Below, in pieces: positions 36,738 to 46,343 of a stretch of 56,342 bases of DNA. The stretch's first letter is position 1. Each line of letters opens with the position of its first letter. Below the pieces are notes generated by a model. The model had not been told where the DNA came from, made no database searches, and saw only the letters and a list, made by a program, of their open reading frames with translations. Origin of the DNA: an uncultured Bacilli bacterium (GTDB taxonomy: Bacteria; Bacillota_I; Bacilli_A; RF39; UBA660); the NCBI GenBank assembly GCA_944358625.1, contig CALVRL010000001.1, forward strand, positions 1-56,342. Reading direction: 5' to 3'. The position numbers and the translations under genes were made by a program.

Positions 36738-37955
36738 ATGAAAAAGAAAGTAATAGCAATATTAATATTAATTATTGGAATAACTATTTTAATAATTTAT
36801 TTAAATAATAGAGTAGTTGATGATAATAGCGGTTTTACTTTAAAAGAAAACTTAAAAACAGAAATATATACTAAAGCAAATATAAATGACTATATAAAAA
36901 ATATCGAAGGAAAAATAATAGAAAAGCCACAAATTAATACTAAAAAATTAGGTAAACAAGAAATATCATTCATCTATTTAAATAAAGATAATAAAAAAAG
37001 AAGAGGAACTATTGAAATAGAAATAGTTGATACCGAAAAACCTTTAGTATGGTTAAGTAATAATTATAATACTAAAATAGGAGAAGAAATAAATTTAAAA
37101 GATAAAATAATATGTATAGATAATTATGATAAAAATCCAAGCTGTGAAATAAAAGGAGAATATGATATTAATAAAGAAGGAATATATCCTTTAACCTATA
37201 AAGCTATAGACAGTAGTGGTAATACATTTGAAAAAGAATTTACTTTAACAGTATATACACTAGTTACAAAAAGTGAAAATGAAAATACATCTCAACCTCA
37301 AATAGAACCAAAGTATACAGACTTTCAAGAAGTTATAAAAAATTATAAAGATGAAAATAATGAAATAGGAATAGATGTTTCTAAATGGCAAGGAGATATA
37401 GATTTTAAAAAAGTAAAAAATGCAGGTGCGACATTTGTTATGATAAGAGTAGGTTCGCAAAATGGTGTAAAAGGAGATTATGTATTAGATCCATATTTTA
37501 AACAAAATATAGAAAACGCTTTAAAAAATGATTTAAAAGTAGGAATATATTTTTATTCATATGCAGATAGTGAAAAAGAAGCAACAAAACAAGCTAACTG
37601 GGTGATCAAACAAATAAAAGAATATGATATAAATTTGCCAGTGGTTTTTGATTTTGAAAGTTTTGATATTTTAAATGATATGGAGCTTAGTATATATGGT
37701 TTAAATGAAATAGCCCATTCATTTATAAATACTTTAGAAGAAAAAGGATATAATGGAATGTTATATGGTAGCAAAAATTATTTAATATCACTTTGGAAAT
37801 ATCATACTAACCCAGTATGGCTCGCACATTATACAGATAATACAAACTATGGAGGAGAATATTTTATGTGGCAAATGTGTAATGATGGTAAAATAGATGG
37901 AATAGAAGGATATGTAGATATAGATATACTTTATAAAAATTCTAGTGAAAACTAG
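36738..37955 (+). CDS. membrane-anchored GH25 lysozyme/muramidase with Ig-like (DUF5011-type) domain
   Basis: GIDVSKWQGDIDFKKVKNAGATFVMIRVG and VGIYFYSYA (GH25). Upstream Ig-like segment CIDNYDKNPSCEIKGEYDINKEGIYPLTYKAIDSSGN. Confidence 0.85.
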   Translation: MKKKVIAILILIIGITILIIYLNNRVVDDNSGFTLKENLKTEIYTKANINDYIKNIEGKIIEKPQINTKKLGKQEISFIYLNKDNKKRRGTIEIEIVDTEKPLVWLSNNYNTKIGEEINLKDKIICIDNYDKNPSCEIKGEYDINKEGIYPLTYKAIDSSGNTFEKEFTLTVYTLVTKSENENTSQPQIEPKYTDFQEVIKNYKDENNEIGIDVSKWQGDIDFKKVKNAGATFVMIRVGSQNGVKGDYVLDPYFKQNIENALKNDLKVGIYFYSYADSEKEATKQANWVIKQIKEYDINLPVVFDFESFDILNDMELSIYGLNEIAHSFINTLEEKGYNGMLYGSKNYLISLWKYHTNPVWLAHYTDNTNYGGEYFMWQMCNDGKIDGIEGYVDIDILYKNSSEN

Positions 37956-37998
37956 ACTTTTTTCTCATAATAAATTATAATACTAACTGGTGATGTAA

Positions 37999-39096
37999 AT
38001 GAGTTTAACAGCAGGAATTGTAGGTTTACCTAACGTTGGTAAATCAACCTTATTTAATGCAATAACAAAACAAAATATTCTAGCCGCAAACTATCCTTTC
38101 GCAACAATTGAACCTAATGTTGGAATGGTAACCGTACCAGATGATAGAGTAACATTTTTAGAAAACTTATATAAACCAAAAAAAATCATTCCAGCCACAT
38201 TTGAATTTACAGATATAGCAGGACTAGTAGAAGGAGCATCTAAAGGAGAAGGATTAGGAAATAAATTTCTATCACATATTAGAGAAGTAGATGCCATATG
38301 TGAAGTAGTTAGATGTTTTATAGACGAAAATATTACCCATGTATCAGGTAATATTGATCCTATTAAAGATGTAGAAGTAATAAATGTCGAATTACAATTA
38401 GCAGACCTAGAAGTAATAGAAAATAGATTAAATAGAATGGGAAAAAAAGCAAGACTTGCAAATGATAAAGAAGCCATGAAAGAAGCAGAATTATTAGAAA
38501 AGGTAAAAGAAAATCTAGAAAAAAATATTAATCCTAGAAATTTAGAATTAACAGAAGAAGAATTAAAAATTTTAAAACCATTTAATTTATTAACATTAAA
38601 ACCAATTATTTATGTGGCAAACGTCAATGAAGATGAAATAAATACTGAAAATGAATATGTAAAAAAATTAAAACAATATGCTTCAAAAGAGAAGACTGAA
38701 GTAGTAGTAATATGTGCGAAAATAGAATCTGAATTATCCGAATTAGATGATGAAGATAAAAAAGAATTTTTAAAAGATATAGGAATAGAAGAAAGCGGTT
38801 TAGATAAACTAATCAAATCATCATATAAATTATTAGGTTTATCAACATATCTAACAGCAGGGCCAGATGAAGTAAGAGCCTGGACCTATAAACAAGGAAT
38901 GAAAGCCCCAGAGTGTGCAGGTATAATCCATACAGATTTTCAAAAAGGATTTATTAAAGCAGAAATAATGAGTTTTGATGACTTAAAGAAATATGGCAAT
39001 GAGTTAAAAGTAAAAGAAGCCGGTAAATTAAGATTAGAAGGAAAAGACTATATCATGCAAGATGGAGATATATGCCACTTTAGATTTAATGTTTAA
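37999..39096 (+). CDS. ychF: ribosome-binding ATPase YchF
   Basis: GIVGLPNVGKSTLFNA, DIAGLV and a C-terminal TGS-like domain. Confidence 0.95.
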   Translation: MSLTAGIVGLPNVGKSTLFNAITKQNILAANYPFATIEPNVGMVTVPDDRVTFLENLYKPKKIIPATFEFTDIAGLVEGASKGEGLGNKFLSHIREVDAICEVVRCFIDENITHVSGNIDPIKDVEVINVELQLADLEVIENRLNRMGKKARLANDKEAMKEAELLEKVKENLEKNINPRNLELTEEELKILKPFNLLTLKPIIYVANVNEDEINTENEYVKKLKQYASKEKTEVVVICAKIESELSELDDEDKKEFLKDIGIEESGLDKLIKSSYKLLGLSTYLTAGPDEVRAWTYKQGMKAPECAGIIHTDFQKGFIKAEIMSFDDLKKYGNELKVKEAGKLRLEGKDYIMQDGDICHFRFNV

Positions 39097-39134
39097 AAAC
39101 AGTAAAAAAATACATAATAATATTGGTGATTAAT

Positions 39135-39638
39135 ATGTATTTACTCAACTGTTTTTTTATTTATTCTATTTTAGGTTTTCTTTTAGAAGGAACGTTTACT
39201 TTAATAACAAAAAATAATTTTTCAAGTGGTATATTATATGGTCCATGGACGCCAGTATATGGATTTGGAGCTATATTAACAATTATAATATCAAATAAAA
39301 TATTTAAAAATATGCACAAAAATAGAAAAGTAGAAACAATAGTAACCTTTATAATTTTATCCATAGTATTAACACTCATAGAATGGCTTGGTGGAATACT
39401 AATAGAAAAACTATTTAATGAAACGATGTGGAATTATCAAAACTATAAATTTAATATAGGTAAATATATATCATTAGAAATGGCAATAATATGGGGAATA
39501 ATAAGTATTTTTACAATTTATTTTATAAAACCAGTTATAGATAAAATAGAAAACAAAATTCCAAAATATATAACCATAATTTTAACTATTTTATTTGCAA
39601 TAGATTTAATTATAACAACAGTAATAAAATTAAACTAA
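39135..39638 (+). CDS. polytopic membrane protein (DUF1113, 'putative ABC-transporter type IV' family)
   Basis: ILGFLLEG...GPWTPVYGFGA motif. ATG at 39135 lies 5 nt after GGTGA. Confidence 0.6.
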   Translation: MYLLNCFFIYSILGFLLEGTFTLITKNNFSSGILYGPWTPVYGFGAILTIIISNKIFKNMHKNRKVETIVTFIILSIVLTLIEWLGGILIEKLFNETMWNYQNYKFNIGKYISLEMAIIWGIISIFTIYFIKPVIDKIENKIPKYITIILTILFAIDLIITTVIKLN

Positions 39639-39681
39639 AAGAAGTACTATCACTTAAAACCATAATATAAATTAATTACAA

Positions 39682-39708
39682 AAGTAAACATAAATTGTTT
39701 ACTTTTAT
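39682..39708 (+). terminator. intrinsic terminator
   Basis: AAGTAAACA-TAAAT-TGTTTACTT followed by TTT. Confidence 0.6.
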
Positions 39709-39726
39709 AATATAATTTGCTATAAT
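39698..39726 (+). promoter_or_regulatory. sigma-A promoter of the rpsF-ssb-rpsR operon
   Basis: TTTACT (39698-39703), 17-nt spacer, TGC-TATAAT (39718-39726). Confidence 0.5.
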
Positions 39727-39797
39727 CTATAGCGAGTAATTAAATTACTCCTTGCTTTTATATTAAAAGCCGAATAAGACCACAAGGAGGTGTAAAA
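39727..39797 (+). promoter_or_regulatory. rpsF 5' leader with hairpin (possible S6:S18 autoregulatory leader)
   Basis: Hairpin GAGTAAT (39734-39740) pairs with ATTACTC (39744-39750) ahead of SD AAGGAGGTG. S6:S18-binding rpsF leaders are known in Firmicutes, but identity was not verified here. Confidence 0.3.
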
Positions 39798-40088
39798 ATG
39801 AGAAACTATGAAATCATGTTTATTGTAAGACCAACATTAGGTGAAGATGATGTAAAAAAAGTAGTAAAAACATTCAAAGACATCATAACTAAAAATGAAG
39901 GTAAAGTAACAAAAGAAGAAAACATGGGACAAAGAGAATTAGCTTATGAAATAAAAGATTTCAAAAGCGGATACTACTATGTATTTGAAGTAGAAGCTAA
40001 AAGCGATAAAGCAGTTAAAGAATTTGACCGTCTAGCACTTATCAACAATGACATCGTCCGTCATTTAATTACAAAAGTAGAAGATTAA
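39798..40088 (+). CDS. rpsF: 30S ribosomal protein S6
   Basis: MRNYEIMFIVRP... is a typical S6 N-terminus. rpsF-ssb-rpsR operon. Confidence 0.95.
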   Translation: MRNYEIMFIVRPTLGEDDVKKVVKTFKDIITKNEGKVTKEENMGQRELAYEIKDFKSGYYYVFEVEAKSDKAVKEFDRLALINNDIVRHLITKVED

Positions 40089-40104
40089 GAAAAGAGGTAG
40101 TTTT

Positions 40105-40560
40105 ATGAACAGAGTATGTTTAGTTGGTAGAATAACAGCAAAACCAGAATTAAGATATACTGGAGGAAATATCCCATATACAAGATTTTCACTCGCAGTC
40201 AATAGAACTTTTAATAATGCGCAAGGTGAAAGAGAGACAGACTTCATCAATATAGTAGTATGGCGTAGACAAGCAGAAAACATTGCTAATTATTTAGATA
40301 AAGGTAGTAGAGTATCAGTAGAAGGAAGAATACAAACAGGAAGTTATACAGCTAGTGACGGAAGTAAGAGATATACAACAGATGTAGTTGCCGATAGTGT
40401 TCAATTTTTAGATACAAAAAGAGAATCACAAGCAAGAGCACAAACCCCATATGACTACCAAGATGCCCCTACTCCACCTACAAATAATGTTGATGTTGAT
40501 AATGATCCTTTCGCAGATTTTGGCGACAATGTCGCAATTGATGATAATTTTTTAGATTAG
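40105..40560 (+). CDS. ssb: single-stranded DNA-binding protein
   Basis: OB-fold [19 protein letters not shown]...[15 protein letters not shown], with an acidic C-terminal tail. Confidence 0.95.
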   Translation: MNRVCLVGRITAKPELRYTGGNIPYTRFSLAVNRTFNNAQGERETDFINIVVWRRQAENIANYLDKGSRVSVEGRIQTGSYTASDGSKRYTTDVVADSVQFLDTKRESQARAQTPYDYQDAPTPPTNNVDVDNDPFADFGDNVAIDDNFLD

Positions 40561-40570
40561 GAGGATAGAC

Positions 40571-40786
40571 ATGGCAGAATTTCGTAGAAAAAGAAAAAAA
40601 GTATGTCAAATGTGTGCTGGAAAACATGTAAGTTATAAAGATGATACTGTAAAAAAATATGTCAGTTTAGATAAAGGTAAAATTTTACCAAGAAGAATTA
40701 CAGGAGCATGTGCAAAGCATCAAAGATATATTGCTAACGAAGTAAAAAAAGCTAGATTTATGGCTTTACTTCCATTCGTAAAATAA
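40571..40786 (+). CDS. rpsR: 30S ribosomal protein S18
   Basis: ILPRRITG...KHQR...[10 protein letters not shown] is a typical S18 sequence. Confidence 0.95.
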   Translation: MAEFRRKRKKVCQMCAGKHVSYKDDTVKKYVSLDKGKILPRRITGACAKHQRYIANEVKKARFMALLPFVK

Positions 40787-40788
40787 GC

Positions 40789-40816
40789 ATTTACAAATAA
40801 GTAAATGTTTTTTTCT
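40789..40816 (+). terminator. intrinsic terminator after rpsR
   Basis: CATTTAC-AAATAA-GTAAATG followed by T8. Confidence 0.7.
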
Positions 40817-40864
40817 TAAATTTTTCACAAAAGAATGTTATAATCAAAATGGAGGGATGAAAAA

Positions 40865-41380
40865 ATGGAAGAAGCATCATTAAAAGACATAGTAAAAAAT
40901 GATTATCAAGGAAAGACAATAGTAGATTTAAATATACCAGATAACAAAATAGGAATAGCAAGTGACCATAGAGGTTTTAAATTAAAACAAAAACTAACAA
41001 AATATTTAACCAAAAAAGGATATACTGTCATTGATTATGGCTGTGATGATAGAGCCAGTCATGACTATCCAGAATATGGTTTTAAACTAGGAAAAGCAGT
41101 TAGAGATAACAAAGTAGAAAAAGGAATAGCTATTTGTGGAAGTGGTATCGGTATAAGTATCGCATGTAACAAAGTAGAAAAAGTAAGATGCGCCAAAGTA
41201 AATAACATAAAAGAAGCAAAATATACTAGAACAGATAACGATGCCAACATAATAGCCATAAATGGAAATATGCCATTATTTAGAGCTAAAGATATTACCG
41301 ATGTTTTTTTAAAAACACCATTCAGTAATCAAGAGCGTCATCAAAGACGTATAGAAATGTTAGACAATTACAAAAACTAA
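40865..41380 (+). CDS. rpiB: ribose-5-phosphate isomerase B (LacAB/RpiB family)
   Basis: KIGIASDHRGFKLK and GIAICGSGIGISIACNK motifs, with a ~25-aa N-terminal extension. Confidence 0.85.
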   Translation: MEEASLKDIVKNDYQGKTIVDLNIPDNKIGIASDHRGFKLKQKLTKYLTKKGYTVIDYGCDDRASHDYPEYGFKLGKAVRDNKVEKGIAICGSGIGISIACNKVEKVRCAKVNNIKEAKYTRTDNDANIIAINGNMPLFRAKDITDVFLKTPFSNQERHQRRIEMLDNYKN

Positions 41381-41578
41381 ATGTTTTTAAAAGGATTTAT
41401 ATATATTGTCACGGTAATAATAACCATATGGGCTTTAGAAAGTTTAAATATATCAGGCATATTTAAAAAAAACAGATACTATTCATCAAGGATACTATAT
41501 CTAATAGTCGCTATGGCTTTATCATATTTAGTCGTAAATTTTTTCTATGATTTCTTCGAAAGTACGAAATTCATATAG
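41381..41578 (+). CDS. DUF1146 (YwzB-like) small membrane protein
   Basis: 65 aa with two TM segments. It starts immediately after the rpiB stop and sits next to spoIID, as in Bacillus. Confidence 0.6.
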   Translation: MFLKGFIYIVTVIITIWALESLNISGIFKKNRYYSSRILYLIVAMALSYLVVNFFYDFFESTKFI

Positions 41579-41592
41579 AAAGGACATAAAAT

Positions 41593-42504
41593 ATGAAAAA
41601 GTTAGTAGCGCTCACTCTATTAGTTATAATAGTACCCTTTTTATTTGTCAAAATTTTCATAAAAACAGACAACATAAAATTCAAATATGTGACAAATAAT
41701 ATGATTAGAGTAAAAGATGAAAAGACAAATCAAATAAAAGAAATACCCTTTGAAGATTATATCAAAGGAGTAGTAGCTGGAGAAATGCCTGTAACTTTTG
41801 AAAAAGAAGCATTAAAAGCCCAAGCAGTAGCGTCAAGAAGTTATGCAATGTATCAAATGACAAATACAAAAGATAAAGAATACGATGTCGTAAATACAAC
41901 CACAAATCAAGTATATTTAACAGACGAAAAATTAAAAGAAAATTGGAAAGATGAATATCCCCAAAAAATAAACAAAATAAAAGAAGCAATAATAGAAACA
42001 AAAGGCGAATATTTAACATATCAAGGAAATATAGTAAATGCCATGTTCTTTTCAACAAGTGTAGGAAAAACAGAAAATAGCGAAGAAGTATTTGTAAGCG
42101 CCTTACCATATTTAAGAAGTGTAGATAGTAAATGGGATGAAAGCTCCCCAGTTTATGAAGACACATATACATTCACATTAAAAGATTTTTATCAAAAATT
42201 AAATTTACCATATAACGAAAATTTAAAAATAGAAATATTAGAAAAAACAGTAACAGGAAGGATAAGAACATTAAAAATAAATGAACAAGAAATGAAAGGA
42301 AGAGATTTTCAAAATAAATTATCATTAAGATCAAATTATTTTGAAATAATTCAAGATAAAGAAAAAATAACCATCAATACCAAAGGATTTGGTCACGGAG
42401 TAGGAATGAGTCAATATGGTGCGAACGGTATGGCCAAAGAAGGATATACATATGAAGAAATATTAAAACATTACTATAAAGGAGTAGAAATTAAAAAAAA
42501 TTAG
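41593..42504 (+). CDS. spoIID: stage II sporulation protein D (lytic transglycosylase)
   Basis: GEMPVTFEKEALKAQAVASRSYA, FFSTSVGKTE and GHGVGMSQYGA motifs. Confidence 0.88.
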   Translation: MKKLVALTLLVIIVPFLFVKIFIKTDNIKFKYVTNNMIRVKDEKTNQIKEIPFEDYIKGVVAGEMPVTFEKEALKAQAVASRSYAMYQMTNTKDKEYDVVNTTTNQVYLTDEKLKENWKDEYPQKINKIKEAIIETKGEYLTYQGNIVNAMFFSTSVGKTENSEEVFVSALPYLRSVDSKWDESSPVYEDTYTFTLKDFYQKLNLPYNENLKIEILEKTVTGRIRTLKINEQEMKGRDFQNKLSLRSNYFEIIQDKEKITINTKGFGHGVGMSQYGANGMAKEGYTYEEILKHYYKGVEIKKN

Positions 42505-42551
42505 TATAAAAAAACCAAAACTATCCAAAATGATAGTAGAGGTGAAAAAAT

Positions 42552-43190
42552 ATGGAAAAATTAAAATTAAACAAACCGGCAATATATGCATTATGTATAG
42601 GAACAGCATCTATCCTATTAGGAGGACTATGGTATGCCTATTCATCACAAGAAAAATTAAGCCCCAAAGAAGATTACAAATACGTCTCAAGTTTATTTGA
42701 AGATAATGTTCAGTCAGTCGTCAGCACTCAAAATGTCATTCAAAAACCATACACAAACGAATCAGTAAAAGTATTAAACAGTTTTTATGACTATAAAGCA
42801 GATGAAAAGACACAGCAAAACTCAATAATAAACTATGATACAACCTACATACAAAATAGCGGTATAGCTTATGGTGGAATAAATGATACATTTGATGTAG
42901 TAAGCGTTTTACCAGGAACAGTAACAAGCGTTAAAGAAGATAAACTAATGGGTAAAATAGTTACCATTGAGCACGAAAATAACATTATTACCACATATCA
43001 AAGTTTAAGTGAAACAACAGTCAAAGAAGGAGATGTAGTAGCAAGTGCAACAGTTATAGGTAAAGCCGGAGAATCGAATTTAGAAAAAGATTTAGGAAAA
43101 CACGTTTTATTTGAAATAACTGTAGACGGAAAATATATAAATCCAGAAACAAGTTATAATAAAACCATAGAACAGTTAAAGAGTAACTAA
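42552..43190 (+). CDS. SpoIIQ-like membrane protein with degenerate LytM (M23) domain
   Basis: N-terminal TM segment. The LytM fold is recognisable (GKIVTIEHENNIITTYQSL, GDVVASATVIGKAG), but the HxxxD and HxH Zn-ligand positions are substituted (SGIAYGG; KHVLFE). Confidence 0.6.
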   Translation: MEKLKLNKPAIYALCIGTASILLGGLWYAYSSQEKLSPKEDYKYVSSLFEDNVQSVVSTQNVIQKPYTNESVKVLNSFYDYKADEKTQQNSIINYDTTYIQNSGIAYGGINDTFDVVSVLPGTVTSVKEDKLMGKIVTIEHENNIITTYQSLSETTVKEGDVVASATVIGKAGESNLEKDLGKHVLFEITVDGKYINPETSYNKTIEQLKSN

Positions 43191-43202
43191 CTCTTTTTTT
43201 CT
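43179..43202 (+). terminator. intrinsic terminator
   Basis: AAGAGT-AACTA-ACTCTT followed by a T-run. It overlaps the stop codon. Confidence 0.65.
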
Positions 43203-43299
43203 TTCAAAAAATGACAAAAAAAGTATTAAAAAAACACTAATATTAATACCCAAAACAAAACATGTATGATATAATATTTTAAGGAAAAAAGGTGATATT

Positions 43300-44307
43300 A
43301 TGTTTTCAAAAGATATAGGAATAGATTTAGGAACGGCTAACGTTCTTATTTATATTAAAGGCCAAGGAATAGTTCTAAACGAACCAAGTGTAGTTGCTAT
43401 AGATGAAGAGACAAAAAGACCAGTAGCCGTAGGAACAGTAGCCAAAGAAATGTTAGGAAGAACCCCAGGACAAGTAAAAGCTATAAGACCAATGAAAGAC
43501 GGAGTAATAGCCGATTTTGAAATAACCGAAATAATGTTAAATAACTTTATTAGAAAAGTAAATGGCAAAAGTTTTTTTGGTAGACCTAGAATATTAATAT
43601 GCTGTCCATCAAATATTACACAAGTAGAAAAAAATGCTATTAGAGAAGCAGCCGAAAAAACAGGAGCTAGAAAAGTATATCTAGAAGAAGAGCCAAAAGT
43701 AGCAGCCGTAGGAGCCGGTATGGATATTTCAAAACCAAGCGGAAATATGGTAATAGATATAGGCGGAGGAACAACCGATGTAGCCGTATTATCATTAGGA
43801 GGAATAGTAACATCTTCATCAATTAAAGTAGCAGGAAATACATTTGATAATGATATTATAAAGTATATAAGAGAAAAATATAAATTATTAATAGGAGATA
43901 GAACAGCCGAAGAAATAAAATTTGAAATAGGAACAGTATTCCCAGGAGCCAGAAATGAAAAAATGGAAGTTAGAGGTAGAGATTTAGTTACAGGCCTGCC
44001 ACACACTATAACACTAACATCAGATGAAGTAGAAGAAGCCTTAAGAGAAAGCGCTTACATCATAGTAAATACAGCCAAATCAGTTTTAGAACAAACACCA
44101 CCAGAATTATCAGCCGATATAATAGATAAAGGAATAGTAATAACAGGAGGAGGAGCTTTATTAAACGGCGTAGACCAATTACTATCACACGAATTAAAAG
44201 TTCCAGTATTTGTAGCCGAAAGCCCATTAACCTGTGTCGTTGAAGGAACAGGAGTATTACTAGAAAACATACCATTATTAGAAAGTGGTTTAAATAAAAA
44301 TTATTAG
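43300..44307 (+). CDS. mreB: rod-shape determining actin homologue MreB/Mbl
   Basis: IGIDLGTANVL, DIGGGTTDVAV and ITGGGALL motifs. Confidence 0.93.
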   Translation: MFSKDIGIDLGTANVLIYIKGQGIVLNEPSVVAIDEETKRPVAVGTVAKEMLGRTPGQVKAIRPMKDGVIADFEITEIMLNNFIRKVNGKSFFGRPRILICCPSNITQVEKNAIREAAEKTGARKVYLEEEPKVAAVGAGMDISKPSGNMVIDIGGGTTDVAVLSLGGIVTSSSIKVAGNTFDNDIIKYIREKYKLLIGDRTAEEIKFEIGTVFPGARNEKMEVRGRDLVTGLPHTITLTSDEVEEALRESAYIIVNTAKSVLEQTPPELSADIIDKGIVITGGGALLNGVDQLLSHELKVPVFVAESPLTCVVEGTGVLLENIPLLESGLNKNY

Positions 44308-44336
44308 ACCATAATATAACTAGAAAGGGGTTAAAT

Positions 44337-45737
44337 ATGGAAGCTAAAGAATTAGAAAAGAAGTTATTTAGACCAAAGAAAAATGGTTGGGAAAATTTAA
44401 ATGAAGAAGAAAGAAAAAACATATTTGAATTTTCTAACAAATATATAGACTTTATAAACAAAGCCAAAACAGAAAGAGAAAGCGTTAAAGAAATAGAAAA
44501 AATATTAAAAGAAAATAATTTTCAAAACATTTTAGAAAAAGAAAATCTAAAAGCAAAAGACAAAGTATATTATATCAATAGAGAAAAAAATATATATGCA
44601 GCCATAATAGGAGAAGAAGATTTATCTTTAGGATTTAATATAATAGGAGCTCACATCGATAGCCCAAGATTAGATTTAAAACCAAATCCACTATATGAAA
44701 ATAAAGAACTCGCACTTTTTAAAACACATTATTACGGTGGAATAAAAAAATATCAATGGGTCAACATACCATTAAGTATGCACGGTGTAATAGTTACCAA
44801 AGATAAAAAAATAGAAATAAACATTGGTGAAAAAGAAGAAGAACCAGTATTTACCATAGCCGATTTACTTCCACATCTATCCAGCAAACAAGAAGAAAAG
44901 AAATTAAAAGACGCTATCGAAGGAGAAGATTTAAACATCGTAGTAGGAAGCATACCATATGAATCAGAAGACATAAAAGAAAAAGTTAAATTAAATATAC
45001 TAAATCTTTTAAATAAAAAATATGATATAACCGAAAGAGACTTCGTTAGTAGTGAAATAGAATTTGTACCAGCCATGAAAGCCAAAAGTTTAGGTTTTGA
45101 TGAAAGTTTAGTAGCCGGATATGGACAAGATGATAGAGTTTGTGCATACACAAGTTTAAAAGCATTAATAAATTTAGACAAAGTTAAAAAAACCTCTATT
45201 TGCTTATTAGCTGATAAAGAAGAAATAGGAAGTATGGGAAATACCGGAATGTCATCAAAAGTATTCGAATATTTCATAAACGAATTATTAGAAAAAACAA
45301 TAGGAAACAAACCAGGATTACTAGATAAATGTTTAAAAAATTCAAAAATCCTATCAGCCGATGTAACAGCAGGATATAACCCAAACTTTCCAAGTATATA
45401 TGAAGAAAATAACGAATCATATATAGGTCATGGTATATCAATAATAAAATATACAGGAAGTGCTTCAAAAGGAGGAGCTTCAGATGCCAATGCCGAATTT
45501 GTAGGATATGTTAGAAACCTATTTGAAAGAAACAATATCGCATATCAAAATAGCGAAATGGGGAAAATAGGCGTAGGAGGAGGCGGAACAATAGCCTACA
45601 TACTAGCCGATAAAGGTGCGGATGTATTAGACTGTGGTGTTCCAGTATTATCAATGCACTCACCATACGAAATAACAAGCAAATTTGATATATATAATGC
45701 ATACAAAGCATATAAAGTTTTCTATAAAGGCGAGTAA
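44337..45737 (+). CDS. M18-family aminopeptidase
   Basis: IIGAHIDSPRLDLKPNP, GYGQDDRVC and SMHSPYE motifs. Confidence 0.85.
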   Translation: MEAKELEKKLFRPKKNGWENLNEEERKNIFEFSNKYIDFINKAKTERESVKEIEKILKENNFQNILEKENLKAKDKVYYINREKNIYAAIIGEEDLSLGFNIIGAHIDSPRLDLKPNPLYENKELALFKTHYYGGIKKYQWVNIPLSMHGVIVTKDKKIEINIGEKEEEPVFTIADLLPHLSSKQEEKKLKDAIEGEDLNIVVGSIPYESEDIKEKVKLNILNLLNKKYDITERDFVSSEIEFVPAMKAKSLGFDESLVAGYGQDDRVCAYTSLKALINLDKVKKTSICLLADKEEIGSMGNTGMSSKVFEYFINELLEKTIGNKPGLLDKCLKNSKILSADVTAGYNPNFPSIYEENNESYIGHGISIIKYTGSASKGGASDANAEFVGYVRNLFERNNIAYQNSEMGKIGVGGGGTIAYILADKGADVLDCGVPVLSMHSPYEITSKFDIYNAYKAYKVFYKGE

Positions 45738-45778
45738 TTCGTCTTTTTCTATGGTATAATGTTAGTGGAGGGATAACA

Positions 45779-46294
45779 ATGGACATAGTTAATATAATAA
45801 CAATAGTAATAGCTTTAGCCACATGTTTCTTTGGCTACAAATTAAACAAAATATTAATAGCCATATTTGGATTAATAATAGGCTTTAATCTAGGGGTAAC
45901 ATACTTACCAAATCTATTAACAGATCAAACAGTAATTTATATTGTCTCAGCAATAATAGCTATAGTTGTTGGAATAATATCATACAATTTATATTTAGTA
46001 GGAGTATTTCTATTATGTGCTTTAGCTGCATTCATATTATGTGAAAATTTAAATCTAGAAGAAAATATTCAAATGATAATAAGCATAATTGCAGGACTTA
46101 TAGCAGGAATATTAGGAGTCAAATTTACAAGACCAATAATGATTATATCAACATCACTAGCCGGAGCATCCGCACTATCAGAAAAAGCTTTAACCCTATT
46201 TAATTTTCAAAATAACACATTAGAAATCATATTATTTATAGTTGTTGCTATATTAGGAATGGTATATCAATTTAAACAAAAAGAAGTAGATTAA
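45779..46294 (+). CDS. polytopic membrane protein (DUF4203-like)
   Basis: 171 aa with five or six hydrophobic helices. SD GGAGGG. Confidence 0.55.
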   Translation: MDIVNIITIVIALATCFFGYKLNKILIAIFGLIIGFNLGVTYLPNLLTDQTVIYIVSAIIAIVVGIISYNLYLVGVFLLCALAAFILCENLNLEENIQMIISIIAGLIAGILGVKFTRPIMIISTSLAGASALSEKALTLFNFQNNTLEIILFIVVAILGMVYQFKQKEVD

Positions 46295-46343
46295 ATTATA
46301 TAAAATATGATAAAATATTACTAACTTAAGAGGTGAAAAAAAT

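Noticed and set aside
43350-44006. 218-aa minus-strand ORF antisense to mreB. Similar long antisense ORFs occur at 36105..36737, 50042..50557, 44753..45310, 38091..38477, 3085..3420 and 34269..34667.
   Set aside because: Each lies entirely inside a strongly supported gene on the opposite strand. Their translations are low-complexity (Ser/Ile/Phe/Leu-rich), with no SD and no recognisable motifs. These are typical shadow ORFs.
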